A stretch of 62,013 bases of DNA, filler included, from Bdellovibrionota bacterium (lineage in GTDB: Bacteria > Bdellovibrionota > Bdellovibrionia > Bdellovibrionales > JAEYZS01), in NCBI GenBank assembly GCA_963169515.1. It is 8 parts of 8 records of this genome, joined end to end, with 100 filler letters (N's around TTAATTAATTAA, not from the genome) between each part and the next. Parts side by side here need not be neighbours in the genome. Positions count along the whole stretch, not along the records: positions 38,413 to 42,503 come from CAUJEF010000131.1; positions 42,604 to 54,170 come from CAUJEF010000132.1; 6 more parts are not named here. The stretch is one strand, 5' to 3'. The notes under the pieces were generated by a model, which had not been told where the DNA came from, did not search any database, and was given only the letters and a program-made list of their open reading frames with translations. Below, piece after piece: positions 38,588-49,757 of this stretch (positions are counted from its first letter, which is position 1; the number at the start of each line of letters is the position of its first letter). Position numbers and translations under genes: made by a program.

Positions 38588-39697
38588 TTGAGACGCACAT
38601 ACGCAGAAATTTATTTAGACCGGCTAAAGCACAACGCAAAACTTTTAAGGGGCATACATGGCGATCATCCCTTTTTTTGCCCTATGGTGAAGGCAAATGC
38701 CTACGGGCACGGGGACATTGCAGTCGTAAAAACGCTTACATCAATTGGGGTAAATGCTTTTGGCGTTGTCTTGGTTGAAGAGGGAATTCGCCTTCGTAAG
38801 GCAGGAATAAAAGAAAAGATTTTAGTTTTTGGAACTTTTGATAGAGAAAGCCTTGATGAAGCGGTGGAGTTTGACCTTACCCCTGTTATCAGCGATCGGT
38901 ACCAGGTGAATCTCGCGGGCCAAGTCAAAAGGAAAATAAATATCCATTTGAAATTCAACACGGGAATGAACCGCTTGGGTTTTGATGTAGAAGACGCAAA
39001 AAATATTTTTGATATTTTGCAAAATAGAAAAAATTTAAATGTCGAGGGGATATGTACCCATTTCTTAAATGGAGAGGATTCGGGAGCCGATAAAAGCATT
39101 ACCGAATATCAGATGGAAAAGTTTCAAAGCGTACGAAATGTATTTCAGACTGCAACGGTTCATTATTTGAATAGCTCGGCTCTCTTGCTCAACTTGCACA
39201 AGAAACATTCGGCAGGTGCACGTCCAGGAATTTCAATTTATGGAATAAAACCGGCACTTCACACAGATGTCAAAATTGACTTGCGTCCTGTAATGCAATT
39301 AAAAAGTTCGATCGGCCAACTGCACGAGGTTTTCAAAAATTCTTCGGTTTCTTACTCAGCCACATGGAAGGCATCAAAAGATTCTTTGATTGCGACAATT
39401 CCGATCGGATATGCTGACGGTTACCCACGACATTTTTCAAATCAAGCTGAAATGCTCTTCCGCGGTCACAGAGTCAAAGTTGTAGGAATTGTTTGCATGG
39501 ATTATACGATGGTTGATTTGACACCATTTAGGAACGAAAAAAAAATCGAGATAGGCGAAGAGATTGTTGTCTTTGGCCAAAACAATCATGGGGCTTATCA
39601 CTCTTGGGAATTGGCACGAGATACAAAGACTCACCCGTACGAATTGGTTACGCGCATTAGTGAGCGAGTTCCCCGCGTTGTGATTGGACAAACATGA
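38588..39697 (+). CDS. alr: alanine racemase
   Basis: VKANAYGHG, HLKFNTGMNRLG, IGYADGY, VCMD. Confidence 0.96.
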   Translation: MRRTYAEIYLDRLKHNAKLLRGIHGDHPFFCPMVKANAYGHGDIAVVKTLTSIGVNAFGVVLVEEGIRLRKAGIKEKILVFGTFDRESLDEAVEFDLTPVISDRYQVNLAGQVKRKINIHLKFNTGMNRLGFDVEDAKNIFDILQNRKNLNVEGICTHFLNGEDSGADKSITEYQMEKFQSVRNVFQTATVHYLNSSALLLNLHKKHSAGARPGISIYGIKPALHTDVKIDLRPVMQLKSSIGQLHEVFKNSSVSYSATWKASKDSLIATIPIGYADGYPRHFSNQAEMLFRGHRVKVVGIVCMDYTMVDLTPFRNEKKIEIGEEIVVFGQNNHGAYHSWELARDTKTHPYELVTRISERVPRVVIGQT

Positions 39698-40518
39698 ATT
39701 TGCAGAAATACCAAACGGAATTTCTCAAAACTGGTGAAAGTGTCCGCAAGCTGTTGATTGAAGATATCATTAAGGATGTCGGTTTCCGTATATTGTTTTT
39801 TGTGGATTCGATGCTCTGGTTTTTTCGAAAGCCAAGCCGTTTCGGTGAAATGATTCATCAGATAGAATTTGTAGGGAATAAATCTATTTTTATTATTTGT
39901 TTAACAGCCTTGTTTACAGGTCTGGTATTCGCTTTCCAGTGTTGGGTTGGTTTATCCATTGTGAATGCCGAGAACCTAATCGGCCCGACAGTAGGTCTGG
40001 GAATCACCCGAGAGTTGGGACCTGTGCTGACGGGTCTAATCATTGCGGCCCGAGCAGGGGGTGCAATGGCAGCGCGCTTAGGGACGATGAGAGTTACGGA
40101 ACAAATTGACGCCCTTCATGTTATTGGGGTCAGCCCGAAACAGTATTTGATTGCTCCTCGTATTATCGCAGCGATTATCAGTACCCCGTTGCTTACAGCT
40201 GTATTTAATTTTGTGGCAATGATTGGCGCGTATATTTTGGCAATTAAAATTCTTCAACTGGATGAAGCCGTATTCTGGGATAAAACACGATTTTGGCTCG
40301 ATCCAAGAGATATTAACGAAGGATTGTTCAAGGCAGCTGTATTTGGGGGCCTATTTTCAACAATTTGTACTTTTCAAGGTTATCATACACGCGGCGGTGC
40401 AAAAGGTGTGGGTGATGCCACCAACCAAGCCGTGGTGAGCAGTATGGTTTCAATCATTGTTATCGACTTTTTTATCACAAAGCTATTTCGGATTTTTTTT
40501 AAGAGTGGGTGGATATGA
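39694..40518 (+). CDS. mlaE: MlaE ABC permease
   Basis: RELGPVLTGL, LGTMRVTEQIDAL, GGAKGVGDATNQAVV. Confidence 0.93.
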   Translation: MNLQKYQTEFLKTGESVRKLLIEDIIKDVGFRILFFVDSMLWFFRKPSRFGEMIHQIEFVGNKSIFIICLTALFTGLVFAFQCWVGLSIVNAENLIGPTVGLGITRELGPVLTGLIIAARAGGAMAARLGTMRVTEQIDALHVIGVSPKQYLIAPRIIAAIISTPLLTAVFNFVAMIGAYILAIKILQLDEAVFWDKTRFWLDPRDINEGLFKAAVFGGLFSTICTFQGYHTRGGAKGVGDATNQAVVSSMVSIIVIDFFITKLFRIFFKSGWI

Positions 40519-41273
40519 GCGACCTGGCTATTCGCACAAGGGATCTTAAAAAAACTTTTGATGATAAGGAATACGTACTTCGCGGAATTGATCTTGAGAT
40601 ACCGAAAAACTCTATAACATTTGTAATTGGCTACAGTGGCACGGGCAAAAGTGTTTTGATAAAGCATTTTTTAGGACTATTGAAGCCGACCTCTGGCACA
40701 CTGGAAATTCTCGGCCAAAATGTGAATGAAATTTCAGAAACTGACCTGGTTGAATTCAGAAAAAAATTCGGTGTCCTTTTTCAGGGGGCAGCGCTTTTTG
40801 ATGATATGACTGCGCTCGAGAACGTGCTTTTTCCCTTGAACGAACACAGACGAGATTTAAGCCTAAATAAGCGTAAAGAAATTGCAGCTGCGCGACTTAA
40901 GTTAGTTGGCCTGGATGAAAAAGATTTTCAAAAACTTCCTGCCCAGCTTAGTGGTGGGATGCAAAAAAGAGTTGGTTTGGCGCGTGCATTGGCCCTAGAT
41001 CCAGAAATTTTGCTATATGATGAACCTACGACAGGATTAGATCCAATTATCACTGAAATGGTAGATAATTTAATTAGCAGCACTCACAAGCGTCGTGGTG
41101 ATTTAACCTCGATTATTGTGTCACATGACATTTCGGCAGCGTTCCGGTTAGCCGATTATATAGCGATGCTTGATAAGGGGAAGGTGCTGCTTTTTGGTAA
41201 ACCAGAGGAGTTTTTTGAAAGCGATATCGATCTGGTGAAAAGGTTTATCAGCAAAGGGATTTACAAAAAGTGA
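40515..41273 (+). CDS. mlaF: MlaF ABC ATP-binding protein
   Basis: GYSGTGKS, FQGAALFD, LSGGMQKRVGLARA, YDEPTTGLDP. Confidence 0.92.
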   Translation: MSDLAIRTRDLKKTFDDKEYVLRGIDLEIPKNSITFVIGYSGTGKSVLIKHFLGLLKPTSGTLEILGQNVNEISETDLVEFRKKFGVLFQGAALFDDMTALENVLFPLNEHRRDLSLNKRKEIAAARLKLVGLDEKDFQKLPAQLSGGMQKRVGLARALALDPEILLYDEPTTGLDPIITEMVDNLISSTHKRRGDLTSIIVSHDISAAFRLADYIAMLDKGKVLLFGKPEEFFESDIDLVKRFISKGIYKK

Positions 41274-42503
41274 GTTTCACATCTTCTGCTGAATTTAAAG
41301 TTGGGCTCCTTGTCCTGATCGTGTCTGGTCTTGTAGCCGTCATGACAATTAGTATCAACGAAGACCCCAGCTATCTTAACAAAGCAAGGAAACATTGGTT
41401 CCGCGTTAGCGATGCGAGCGGTCTTGTAAAAAACAGTCCTGTAAAAACAGCGGGCATACCTGTTGGCGTGATAAAAGATATTCGTTTAGAGGGCGGAAAA
41501 GCTCGCATTGAAGTTGTTCTTCGTAAGGATGTTGATGTTCACTCTTCAGCATCCGTTGAAATTCGTGCGAACGGGATACTTGGTGATCGCTATGTGGAAA
41601 TTGATTTAGGTAAACCAGAAGATCCTGTATTAGAACCAGGCAGTGAAATTCCGACAGTCCAAAATAAAGGTTCGTTTGATGCCGTTATGAATAATGTCGG
41701 TCAACTGACAAGTTCGCTCACCGAAGTTGCAAACGCACTGAAAGAGTCATTTACAGGGGACGGAAGCAAGAACAGTCCAATCGGCCGAACTATTTTAAAT
41801 TTAGAAATGCTGACAGGAGACCTTGCTGAATTGAGTTCTGGCCATAAGAAGGACATTGCAGATATTTTAGACAACCTAAAAAGTATTACATCAGATATTA
41901 ATCAATTCGTATCTGACGATTCTGAGGAAGGATTTAAAGAATCGTGGAGAAAAATGGCACAGAGCTTGGGCAACGTGGAAAAAATTCTCAAAAATGTTGA
42001 TGAGATCACTTCAAAAATTAATAAGGGCGAAGGTACTATCGGAAAATTGGTTAATGATGACTCAACGGTGACACAGTTGAATGAAGCAATCGAGGGCGTA
42101 AACTCATTTTTGGGTAGTGCGAATAAACTGCAAACCAGTGTAAATTTACATTCTGAATTTTTAGCAGAACAAAGTATGACAAAATCGTATCTTGGGGTAC
42201 GTTTGCAACCGGGGCTTGATCGCTACTACGAGATTCAAATTATCGACGATCCTAAAGGTGTTGTTCAGAGTAGAAGAATTGAAACTTCGTCTGGTGGGTC
42301 GACTACGGTCACAGATGAAACTATTACGTATAAAAACAAAATTAAATTTACGGCGCTTTTTGCAAAGAACTTTTACGATTTTACGATCAAAGCGGGTATG
42401 ATGGAAAATTCTGGCGGAGTTGGCGCAGAGTATAAATTTCTTCGTCGTAAGGCAAAAATGGGATTCGATATTTTTGATTTTGCAGCCGATAGCCCTCACC
42501 TGA
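41270..42503 (+). CDS. mlaD: MlaD/MCE family protein, 3'-truncated
   Basis: DASGL..V..AGIPVG.I, GILGDRYVEI, GEGTIGKLVND; long helical region. Confidence 0.88.
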
Positions 42504-42603
42504 NNNNNNNNNNNNNNNNNNNNNNNNNNNNNNNNNNNNNNNNNNNNTTAATTAATTAANNNNNNNNNNNNNNNNNNNNNNNNNNNNNNNNNNNNNNNNN
42601 NNN
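42504..42603. other. artificial contig linker
   Basis: N44-TTAATTAATTAA-N44. Confidence 0.99.
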
Positions 42604-43436
42604 TCGTTGGCAAAGACAAGGGCTGGAAGCCAATATTTTACGTCAACGGTGATCCTGCGCGAAGCCAGATACCAAATGAAAAACTTCATCTTTTTGTCAT
42701 AAAACAGCATATAGAACATTCCCATAACAGCATAGACATTGGCCGAAGCCCCGAGCAAATAGTGCTCAGGGGAAAACATCGAAATTTGCAGCAAGAGCCC
42801 CATGGTTCCACCGAGAAGGTAAAAGAATAAAAATGGAATGCGGCTGACCCTATGTTCAACATAAACTCCAAAAACAAGTAAAAACAACATATTCCCAATC
42901 AGGTGAACAAGATCAAAGTGATTGAATTGGGCTTTTGCAACCGTGATTGGGGTAAAGTTATTTCTGGAAAGAAAGCCGTATTGGTAATAAATGTCTTCTA
43001 GGATTTCCAGCTTTCGAACTTGGGCATCCATGAGTTGGGAGAGGTTTTTAATATTCAGATCTTGTGGATTTTTTGTGACTATGTTGTGGTATTTCACAAG
43101 GATATTCGTAAGTTTGATGATGTTTTCGGCTGAGATTTTACTTGCGGATTTTGGATCGTTTTTATCATTGATGGCTTTGTCATAAGTATCTCTAATTTCA
43201 GACTGACCGTATTCTTCGCACGGGATTTTGTCCCCAGCGACCTTGTAACAGTAATCAATAAATCCATTGATGTATTCTTCGACGTATTTGGAGTCCCTGT
43301 AAGCTCTGCCGAGCTCGTTTTTCATGTCGACTTGGGATTGAAATTGAAAATAAAAATAAAAGTTTGCAACAACCAGCAAAAGGGTAACAATTGGAACTTT
43401 TAATATACGATGTCCTAGGCCTAGGGGGAATATCAT
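42604..43436 (-). CDS. rhomboid family intramembrane serine protease, 3'-truncated
   Basis: HFDLVHLIGNMLFL, VE, LGASA (GxS). Confidence 0.88.
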
Positions 43437-43442
43437 ATCTAA

Positions 43443-43470
43443 TTATCGGGATTTGGCGGGGGTGTCTTGA
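43443..43470 (-). promoter_or_regulatory. sigma28 (FliA)-like promoter of the rhomboid gene
   Basis: TCAAG-N15-CCCGATAA, 6 nt upstream of the ATG (implies a leaderless mRNA). Confidence 0.55.
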
Positions 43471-43490
43471 CAAAGGTGTTGGGGGAAATA

Positions 43491-43506
43491 TGTCTCAAAA
43501 TGAGAA
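43491..43506. promoter_or_regulatory. palindromic operator-like motif TGTCTCAAAATGAGAA, copy 2
   Basis: Identical to 1590..1605. Confidence 0.5.
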
Positions 43507-43514
43507 TTCAAAAA

Positions 43515-44099
43515 CTATTTTTGAAGGACTATATATTTTTTTTTCAGTTTATCGAGAGATTTAAGCACATCGTCATTTGACTCAAATAACAGTGGAAAAT
43601 TGCGCTGCAATTGTGCTGAGAGAATTCTCATATTCATGTTCCCTTCGGCAAGATAATCCACAATACAGGCAGTGGAAGGGGAGCCTTTCAAGAACGTCAA
43701 TTGTGAAGTAGCGGGATTTTTTGCGATGAAGGTCACGTTTGGCTTTGGCGTTGGGTTTTCAGAAGTCACTTTTTTTAAGAACGAAAGAATGTCATGTCGA
43801 AACCTGTGTACGGAATGGGCGGGATTTAATTGAACATCGCCCGGCTGCATGGATTCCAATATCCTTTGTATGTCGACATTGCCGTTGAGTAGATTTTGGG
43901 TAGAGTTTTCAAAGTCCGCCAGTTCAAAAACAAATTCCGGAATACCAAATTTTCTATGGTTCGCTTTTAAGAGGACAGGAAGATAAAATCCGTCCTCTTC
44001 TTCTGGAAAGTTTTTAAAGTACAACTCAGAAATTTCAGAGAAATTAGTCTCTAAAAATTTCGAGGTAAGAGGATAATTTTTTAAAAAATTATCCCTCAT
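43515..44099 (-). CDS. DUF2063/HvfC-BufC-like peptide-modification partner protein
   Basis: Pattern L..YP....L...F......F...P ... PEFVFELADFE ... VQLNP plus winged-helix-like C-terminus; 3 nt after the Cys-rich peptide gene. Confidence 0.55.
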   Translation of the reverse strand: MRDNFLKNYPLTSKFLETNFSEISELYFKNFPEEEDGFYLPVLLKANHRKFGIPEFVFELADFENSTQNLLNGNVDIQRILESMQPGDVQLNPAHSVHRFRHDILSFLKKVTSENPTPKPNVTFIAKNPATSQLTFLKGSPSTACIVDYLAEGNMNMRILSAQLQRNFPLLFESNDDVLKSLDKLKKKYIVLQK

Positions 44100-44102
44100 A
44101 AA

Positions 44103-44378
44103 TCAGGACGTCTTGCCTTTTGTGTGTTTTGCGCACTCTGAGCATTTGCAAGCTTTGGCGTGTTGGCCATGTTCGCAATGACACGCTTTTCCTTCTTCTT
44201 TAGTGCAGGAACAGCCACCTTCGCCGCAGGAGCCGCCTTCGTCAGTTGTTGTCTTTCCAGTTTCTGCCTTTGCCGACGCAACTGTGCGACCACTTTTTTC
44301 TGTCGACGCGCTGTCATGTTCGCATGCAAACGCTGCTGATGTCGTAAATAAAAATGCAAGAGCTAAGATAATTTTCAT
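44103..44378 (-). CDS. secreted Cys/His-rich small protein (HvfA-like / metallothionein-like)
   Basis: TAAGGAGG RBS; signal peptide; 9 Cys and 5 His; EGGSCGEGGCSC...EGKACHC...CKCSEC. Confidence 0.75.
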   Translation of the reverse strand: MKIILALAFLFTTSAAFACEHDSASTEKSGRTVASAKAETGKTTTDEGGSCGEGGCSCTKEEGKACHCEHGQHAKACKCSECAKHTKGKTS

Positions 44379-44657
44379 GTTGCCTCCTTAGAGATGTTTG
44401 TTTCTTGCCAATTATCGCATTATTTCTGGCATATGTTCAAAGGGTGGTTTTTTTTAGTCCGCATCAAGAACTTTCTGCTTTTAATTAGCTGTGTGATTTC
44501 AATGCGATAAAACATAAACCCTCGAGCTTAACTTTAGGGCGCAAAAAGGGCTTTTTTAGGTTTTAAGTATCTTAAACACTCTTAAAAATCAATACAAGCG
44601 CACAGGAGGGAATATCATTTGCTTTACTTCACACGGTAACAAGAGGGTTTATTTAAA

Positions 44658-46031
44658 ATGCTCAATCGTACGCTGTTTATTGTATTACTTATACTTACTG
44701 TCGGTTTTATTGCCAGCTGCGGGCGCACAAACGAAATAAGGTCTCGCGCATTGTTGGGCTATAAATACCAAGATCCAGAGTCCGGCGAAACTGTTACTCT
44801 TCGACCTTCAAAATTAGAAAAATCGGACGATTCTTTTGGCTTGAATAATCTTCGCCTGACGTATGACAAGGGAACAAAACGTATCAAGCTACTGGTTGAT
44901 CTAAAAGTTAACAAGAAAGCTGAAGAAATCGAGTTACGCGGGGTCATGGCTGACGGTTCTGCAATGCTGACCGATGTCCGGCCCGGCAAACCAAAGCTCA
45001 AGGCAAAAGCGTCGTGTGTGTATTCAGACAGTTGTTCTGAAATGTATGTAAATGTTTACTACAGCCTTAATGGTAAACTGGGATCACAACAATTCGTCGT
45101 TTTGCGTGAAACCATAGAATCAAAAAGAAAACTTCCACGTATAAAAAAGAACTCTCCCCCAGGGCAAAGCCCATTGCCGGATGCGATCGTTGCGGGACAG
45201 AGCGCGAAGCCTCAGCAAGTCGGATCTGATCAAAATGTGGATTAGGACGATGACCATGGCGCCGAGGAAGAGGTCAGCGTCGAGGGCGAATTTGTCAGCG
45301 CGCCACCGCTAGAGGATCTTAAAAAAGAATTGGAAAATCTCGAATCCGATGGACCCAAGGTGAAGGACGTGCCAAAGCCAGAGAAGAAAAAAATTAAGGC
45401 GGGCGAAATATTATTCAATCTGGACAGAGGAGCCGTGGCAAAGGGGCGCCCATGGGACGGTCGAATTGAAAACTCTGTTTCAAGGCTTCCGGACCAGGGC
45501 ACGGGCTTTCAGCGTAAAAGTGAACCCAAATACAATTATGGGTCAGGTATTACAATCGATTTTATAAAATCCGTTTCCGATCTCTACAATAAAACGAGTG
45601 GCTGTGCGCCGCTGCTTGTAAACCAAATTTCAAAGGAAAAGGGTGGGCGATATGGCCCCCACAGAAGCCATCAAAACGGACAGGACATAGATATTGGATA
45701 TATTGGACTTGCAGATTTTGGAAGCGTACTTTCTGGTAAAATCACACCGGAAATCATGGAATGTAACTGGAAGTTTTTTAATTTACTGGTGTCGCAAAAG
45801 TTGCCGGATGATAAAAGTGTAGTTTCAAAAATCTTTGTAAACCCAAAGGTCAAAAGATACTTTTGCAAACGGGCTCAAAATAAAAATGAATTAGAGGCTG
45901 GAAAAGAAGTTTTAAGACACCTGTACCCATGGGAAGGTCACACCCGACATTTTCATGTCCGCCTGAGATGTTCTCCAAATTACGAAGGATGTTGGAACGA
46001 TAGGGAGCTCGATGAAGGAACGGGTTGTTAA
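44658..46031 (+). pseudogene. penicillin-insensitive murein endopeptidase (MepA-like) lipoprotein interrupted by one in-frame TAG at 45243..45245
   Basis: ORFs 44658..45245 and 45330..46031 share a frame and the gap is open. Lipobox IASC; HRSHQNGQDID and HTRHFHVRL motifs. Confidence 0.75.
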
Positions 46032-47311
46032 GACCCTTTCCTTCGCTCTTTCTTGTTTTTTTGTAAGTAAGAAGACCATTTCATAAGCGCTGTTGCGGTC
46101 ATGTAGGCTTGGCACGTAATTCCATTTTGAGTTTCTTCTTGGGATTGGATTTGAGCATCCCGCGATAGGTCGAATACCAAATGCTTTTCTGTCACAGGGA
46201 AATGCAGCTCCACCAATTGAACTAGCTCTTGAATTTGTTCCACCATCAACTGTTTCAGCTGATCTATTCCGGTTCCTTTGAGTGCGCTGATAAAAACCCG
46301 CGGGGACAGGCTTACTTGGAATTTTCTTTCCACAGGTGTTTCGTCAATTTTATTAAAGATATGAACAATTGGCTTATGCGTCCAACCCAGGTCCTTAATA
46401 ATATCAATTACAGTTTGAACATGCTTCTGCCATAACGGATGCGATAAATCCACGCAGTGAAGCAAGATATCGGCGTGGGCTGTTTCTTCAAGCGTTGCTT
46501 TAAAAGATTCGATTAGTCGTGTGGGCAGTTTGCTAATAAATCCCACCGTATCTGTGACAACAGCCATGGATGCCCCGGGCAAGTACACTTTACGGGTCAT
46601 CGGGTCCAGGGTTGCAAATACTTGTGGCGCTGATACGGCCTGGGCACCAGTCAAAGTATTTAGAAGCGTGCTTTTGCCAGCATTCGTGTAACCAATCAGG
46701 GCAAAGCTAGGAACCTTGTTTTCCTGTCGTTGTTTTCTGTGCTGGGCACGGTGTTTTTTAACTGCTTCTAATTCTTTTTTAATTTTTGCAATGCGCTTTT
46801 GAATATTCCGACGATCAGTTTCAAGAGCCTTTTCGCCGGGACCACGGGTACCGATACCGCCACCTTGACGTGACAAAGATCCCATCCATGCTCCCACCAT
46901 CCGTGAGTTTTGATCGGTCAGATAGGCTAACTCTACCTGAAGTTTTCCTTCGTGCGTGTGCGCACGTTGGGCGAAAATATCGATGATCAATTGGTTTCGG
47001 TCGATGACGGCAACTCCAATTTCCTGTTCAAGATTGCGGCCCTGAACGCCCGACAATTGATGATCAAAAATAATGATGTTTGCCTTGGTCTCAGAAGCGA
47101 GTAGTTTGATCTCTTGAACTTTGCCACTGCCAATAAGAGTCGCTGGATTCCATTGCGTCAAAACTTGAACGACAGATCCCAGCACTTCGGCGCCAGCAGC
47201 TACAGCCAATTCTGAAAGTTCCGCAAGACTGTATTTTATATCTTGGAAGTCTTCGGTCTTTAATCCGACGCCAACCAAAATTGCCTTTTCTATTTTATGT
47301 TTTGCTGTCAT
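46028..47311 (-). CDS. hflX: GTPase HflX
   Basis: [34 protein letters not shown]. Confidence 0.96.
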   Translation of the reverse strand: MTAKHKIEKAILVGVGLKTEDFQDIKYSLAELSELAVAAGAEVLGSVVQVLTQWNPATLIGSGKVQEIKLLASETKANIIIFDHQLSGVQGRNLEQEIGVAVIDRNQLIIDIFAQRAHTHEGKLQVELAYLTDQNSRMVGAWMGSLSRQGGGIGTRGPGEKALETDRRNIQKRIAKIKKELEAVKKHRAQHRKQRQENKVPSFALIGYTNAGKSTLLNTLTGAQAVSAPQVFATLDPMTRKVYLPGASMAVVTDTVGFISKLPTRLIESFKATLEETAHADILLHCVDLSHPLWQKHVQTVIDIIKDLGWTHKPIVHIFNKIDETPVERKFQVSLSPRVFISALKGTGIDQLKQLMVEQIQELVQLVELHFPVTEKHLVFDLSRDAQIQSQEETQNGITCQAYMTATALMKWSSYLQKNKKERRKGS

Positions 47312-49593
47312 TTGCCTTTTAGTCTGTCTCTGACAACTTGGACTTGTAAAGCGGTTAATGCCACCGTATTCACGATGTCATTAATCGAACAGCTTCGCTG
47401 TAGGACGTGTGCGGGTCTGCGAATCCCCATTAAGAATGGGCCTAAAATTTCTCCTCCTCCCAGCTTGTGCACCAGCTTATAAGCAATGTTGGCTGAATTC
47501 AGTTCTGGAAAGACGAGGATGTTGGCTCCTTTTTTTAAACTTGAGAATGGGAAAATCTCGTTAATAATGTTGGGGTCGACCGCAGTATCAGCCTGCATCT
47601 CCCCATCCACAATAATACCAGGAACTCGCTCTCTTAACAACTCTGCCGCTAATTTCATTTTTTTCGAAGATTCGTGTTTGGCTACAAAGTTTGAATAACT
47701 CAGCATCGCTATACGGGGTTCTACGCCGAAATACTCTGCAATTTCTGAGGCGTGGTGGGCGATTGTCGCTAGCTCTTCGGCTGTGGGGTTCAGGTTGATG
47801 GTCGTGTCAGCAAAAAAGATCACCCTGTTCTTAAGAACCATAATGATCAAGCCGCAAGCAACGCCTTCGCGCATTCGCCCAATTGTTTCTAAAATTGGCC
47901 GGACAGAGTCCGGGTAGTTTTGGGTAGCGCCGCTGATGGTTGCATCGACGTCGCCCATTTGGGTTGCCATGGCAGCGAAATAGTTCGGATCAGCCATCAA
48001 TCTTTGAGCTTCGTTAAAATGCACTCCTTTACGTTGCCTTAATTTAAAAAGCGCATCAACGTAGCGATTGAAGTTTGGGTGAGTGCTCGGTTGAAAAATC
48101 GGGTGTTCTTTTAAGTGATTCAAATGCAGTTCATTAATTTTTTGTCGAATAATGCCCTCATAACCAAATAAGACTGGAATCGCAATGCCTTCTTCGATGA
48201 TAATTTGGGCGGCTTTCAAAATTTTTTCACTGTGGGCTTCGGGGAAAGCTATTTTGGGCAGATCGTGGGTTGTTTTTTGTGCCGCTTTTACGCGATTAAT
48301 TGCACTTCGAATAAAGGATTTTGCAACCCCTTGCAGAGATTCCAATTTATCGCGGTAGGCTTGATAATCCGTAATCGGCTTTTGTGCCACACCGGAATCT
48401 GCCGCGGCTTTTGCAACGGCGGGGGTTACCCATAACAAGACCCGTGGATCGAAGGGCTTGGGTATCAAGTATTCCGGGCCGAACTCAAACCGCTTTCCGC
48501 CGTATGCGTGTGATACGGTTTCCGGAACTTCCTCGCGGGCCAGAGCGGCGAGGGCATGGGTCGCTGCCAATTTCATGGCCTCGTTAATTTCAGTCGCACG
48601 ACAGTCAAGTGCTCCGCGGAAAATAAATGGGAATCCCAAGACGTTGTTAACTTGGTTCGGATAATCTGACCGACCTGTGGCAACGATAACGTCAGGGCGT
48701 ATTTTTTTTGCAACGTCGGGTAGAATTTCCGGATCGGGGTTGGCCATCGCAAATACGACGGGCTTTTTGGCCATGGCTTCGAGCATATCGGGTGTAACAG
48801 CACCGGCAACGCTGAGACCCACAAAAACGTCGGCACCCTTAAGCGCTTCTTTGAGAGTGCGTGATTTTGTCTCGCTTGCAAATTCCTCTTTCCATTTGTT
48901 CATCCCGTCGACACGGCCGCGGTACACGACGCCTTTCGAATCGCACATCGTGATATTTTCACGTTTTACGCCAATGCTTACGAACATACGACAGCAAGCA
49001 ATTGCCGATGCCCCAGCGCCATTTACGACAACTTTTATTTTTTCTAGTTTTTTTCCCGCAACCTCTGTGGCGTTGATCAATGCGGCTGCTGAAATGATGG
49101 CTGTCCCGTGCTGGTCGTCGTGGAATACGGGGATTTTCATTTCTTTTTTCAAGGCTTCTTCAATAATAAAACATTCAGGCGCTTTGACATCTTCGAGATT
49201 GATACCGCCAAATGTGGGCTCAAGCGTCTTAACAGCGGCTATGAATTCGTCGGCTGATTTTGTTTTTAGCTCGATATCAAATACATCAATGCTTGCAAAT
49301 TTTTTAAATAAGACACCTTTGCCTTCCATTACTGGTTTGCCGGCTAAGGGTCCTATGTTTCCTAAACCCAAAACGGCGGTTCCGTCAGAAATTACGGCGA
49401 CAAGGTTGCCTTTTGCCGTGTAATCGAAAACTTTCGATGGATCTTTAGAAATCGCAATACATGGTTGCGCAACGCCCGGCGAGTAAGCTAAAGACAAATC
49501 ACGTTCTGTGTCACAAGGTTTTGTTGGAATGACTTCAATTTTTCCCGGCTTGGGCTGTGTGTGGTACTCAAGAGCGTCGGTATATGAACTCAA
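47308..49593 (-). CDS. maeB: NADP-dependent malic enzyme with PTA-like domain
   Basis: [49 protein letters not shown] start with AGGAG. Confidence 0.96.
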   Translation of the reverse strand: MSSYTDALEYHTQPKPGKIEVIPTKPCDTERDLSLAYSPGVAQPCIAISKDPSKVFDYTAKGNLVAVISDGTAVLGLGNIGPLAGKPVMEGKGVLFKKFASIDVFDIELKTKSADEFIAAVKTLEPTFGGINLEDVKAPECFIIEEALKKEMKIPVFHDDQHGTAIISAAALINATEVAGKKLEKIKVVVNGAGASAIACCRMFVSIGVKRENITMCDSKGVVYRGRVDGMNKWKEEFASETKSRTLKEALKGADVFVGLSVAGAVTPDMLEAMAKKPVVFAMANPDPEILPDVAKKIRPDVIVATGRSDYPNQVNNVLGFPFIFRGALDCRATEINEAMKLAATHALAALAREEVPETVSHAYGGKRFEFGPEYLIPKPFDPRVLLWVTPAVAKAAADSGVAQKPITDYQAYRDKLESLQGVAKSFIRSAINRVKAAQKTTHDLPKIAFPEAHSEKILKAAQIIIEEGIAIPVLFGYEGIIRQKINELHLNHLKEHPIFQPSTHPNFNRYVDALFKLRQRKGVHFNEAQRLMADPNYFAAMATQMGDVDATISGATQNYPDSVRPILETIGRMREGVACGLIIMVLKNRVIFFADTTINLNPTAEELATIAHHASEIAEYFGVEPRIAMLSYSNFVAKHESSKKMKLAAELLRERVPGIIVDGEMQADTAVDPNIINEIFPFSSLKKGANILVFPELNSANIAYKLVHKLGGGEILGPFLMGIRRPAHVLQRSCSINDIVNTVALTALQVQVVRDRLKGK

Positions 49594-49757
49594 AGTTTGT
49601 GACTCCTGTTAATGATATCTTCCGAAGTTGCTTTTTTATATTAATTTTGAGACCATAGCATAACAATTTTATTCGACATAAGTTTTTCGCCATGCATTAC
49701 GGGGTTCGCGTATGGCGGATCAGCGCTTAACCGAGTAGTCACCGGAGGTGATCCAAC

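Noticed and set aside
45243..45245. Genome-wide TAG reassignment
   Set aside because: TAG is the normal terminator of several clear genes here (anmK 5172, fabZ 55395, GGDEF fragment 38584).
48677..49423. 248-aa antisense ORF within maeB, and the other overlapping shadow ORFs in the track
   Set aside because: Antisense or alternate-frame shadows of well-supported genes, with no recognisable motifs.
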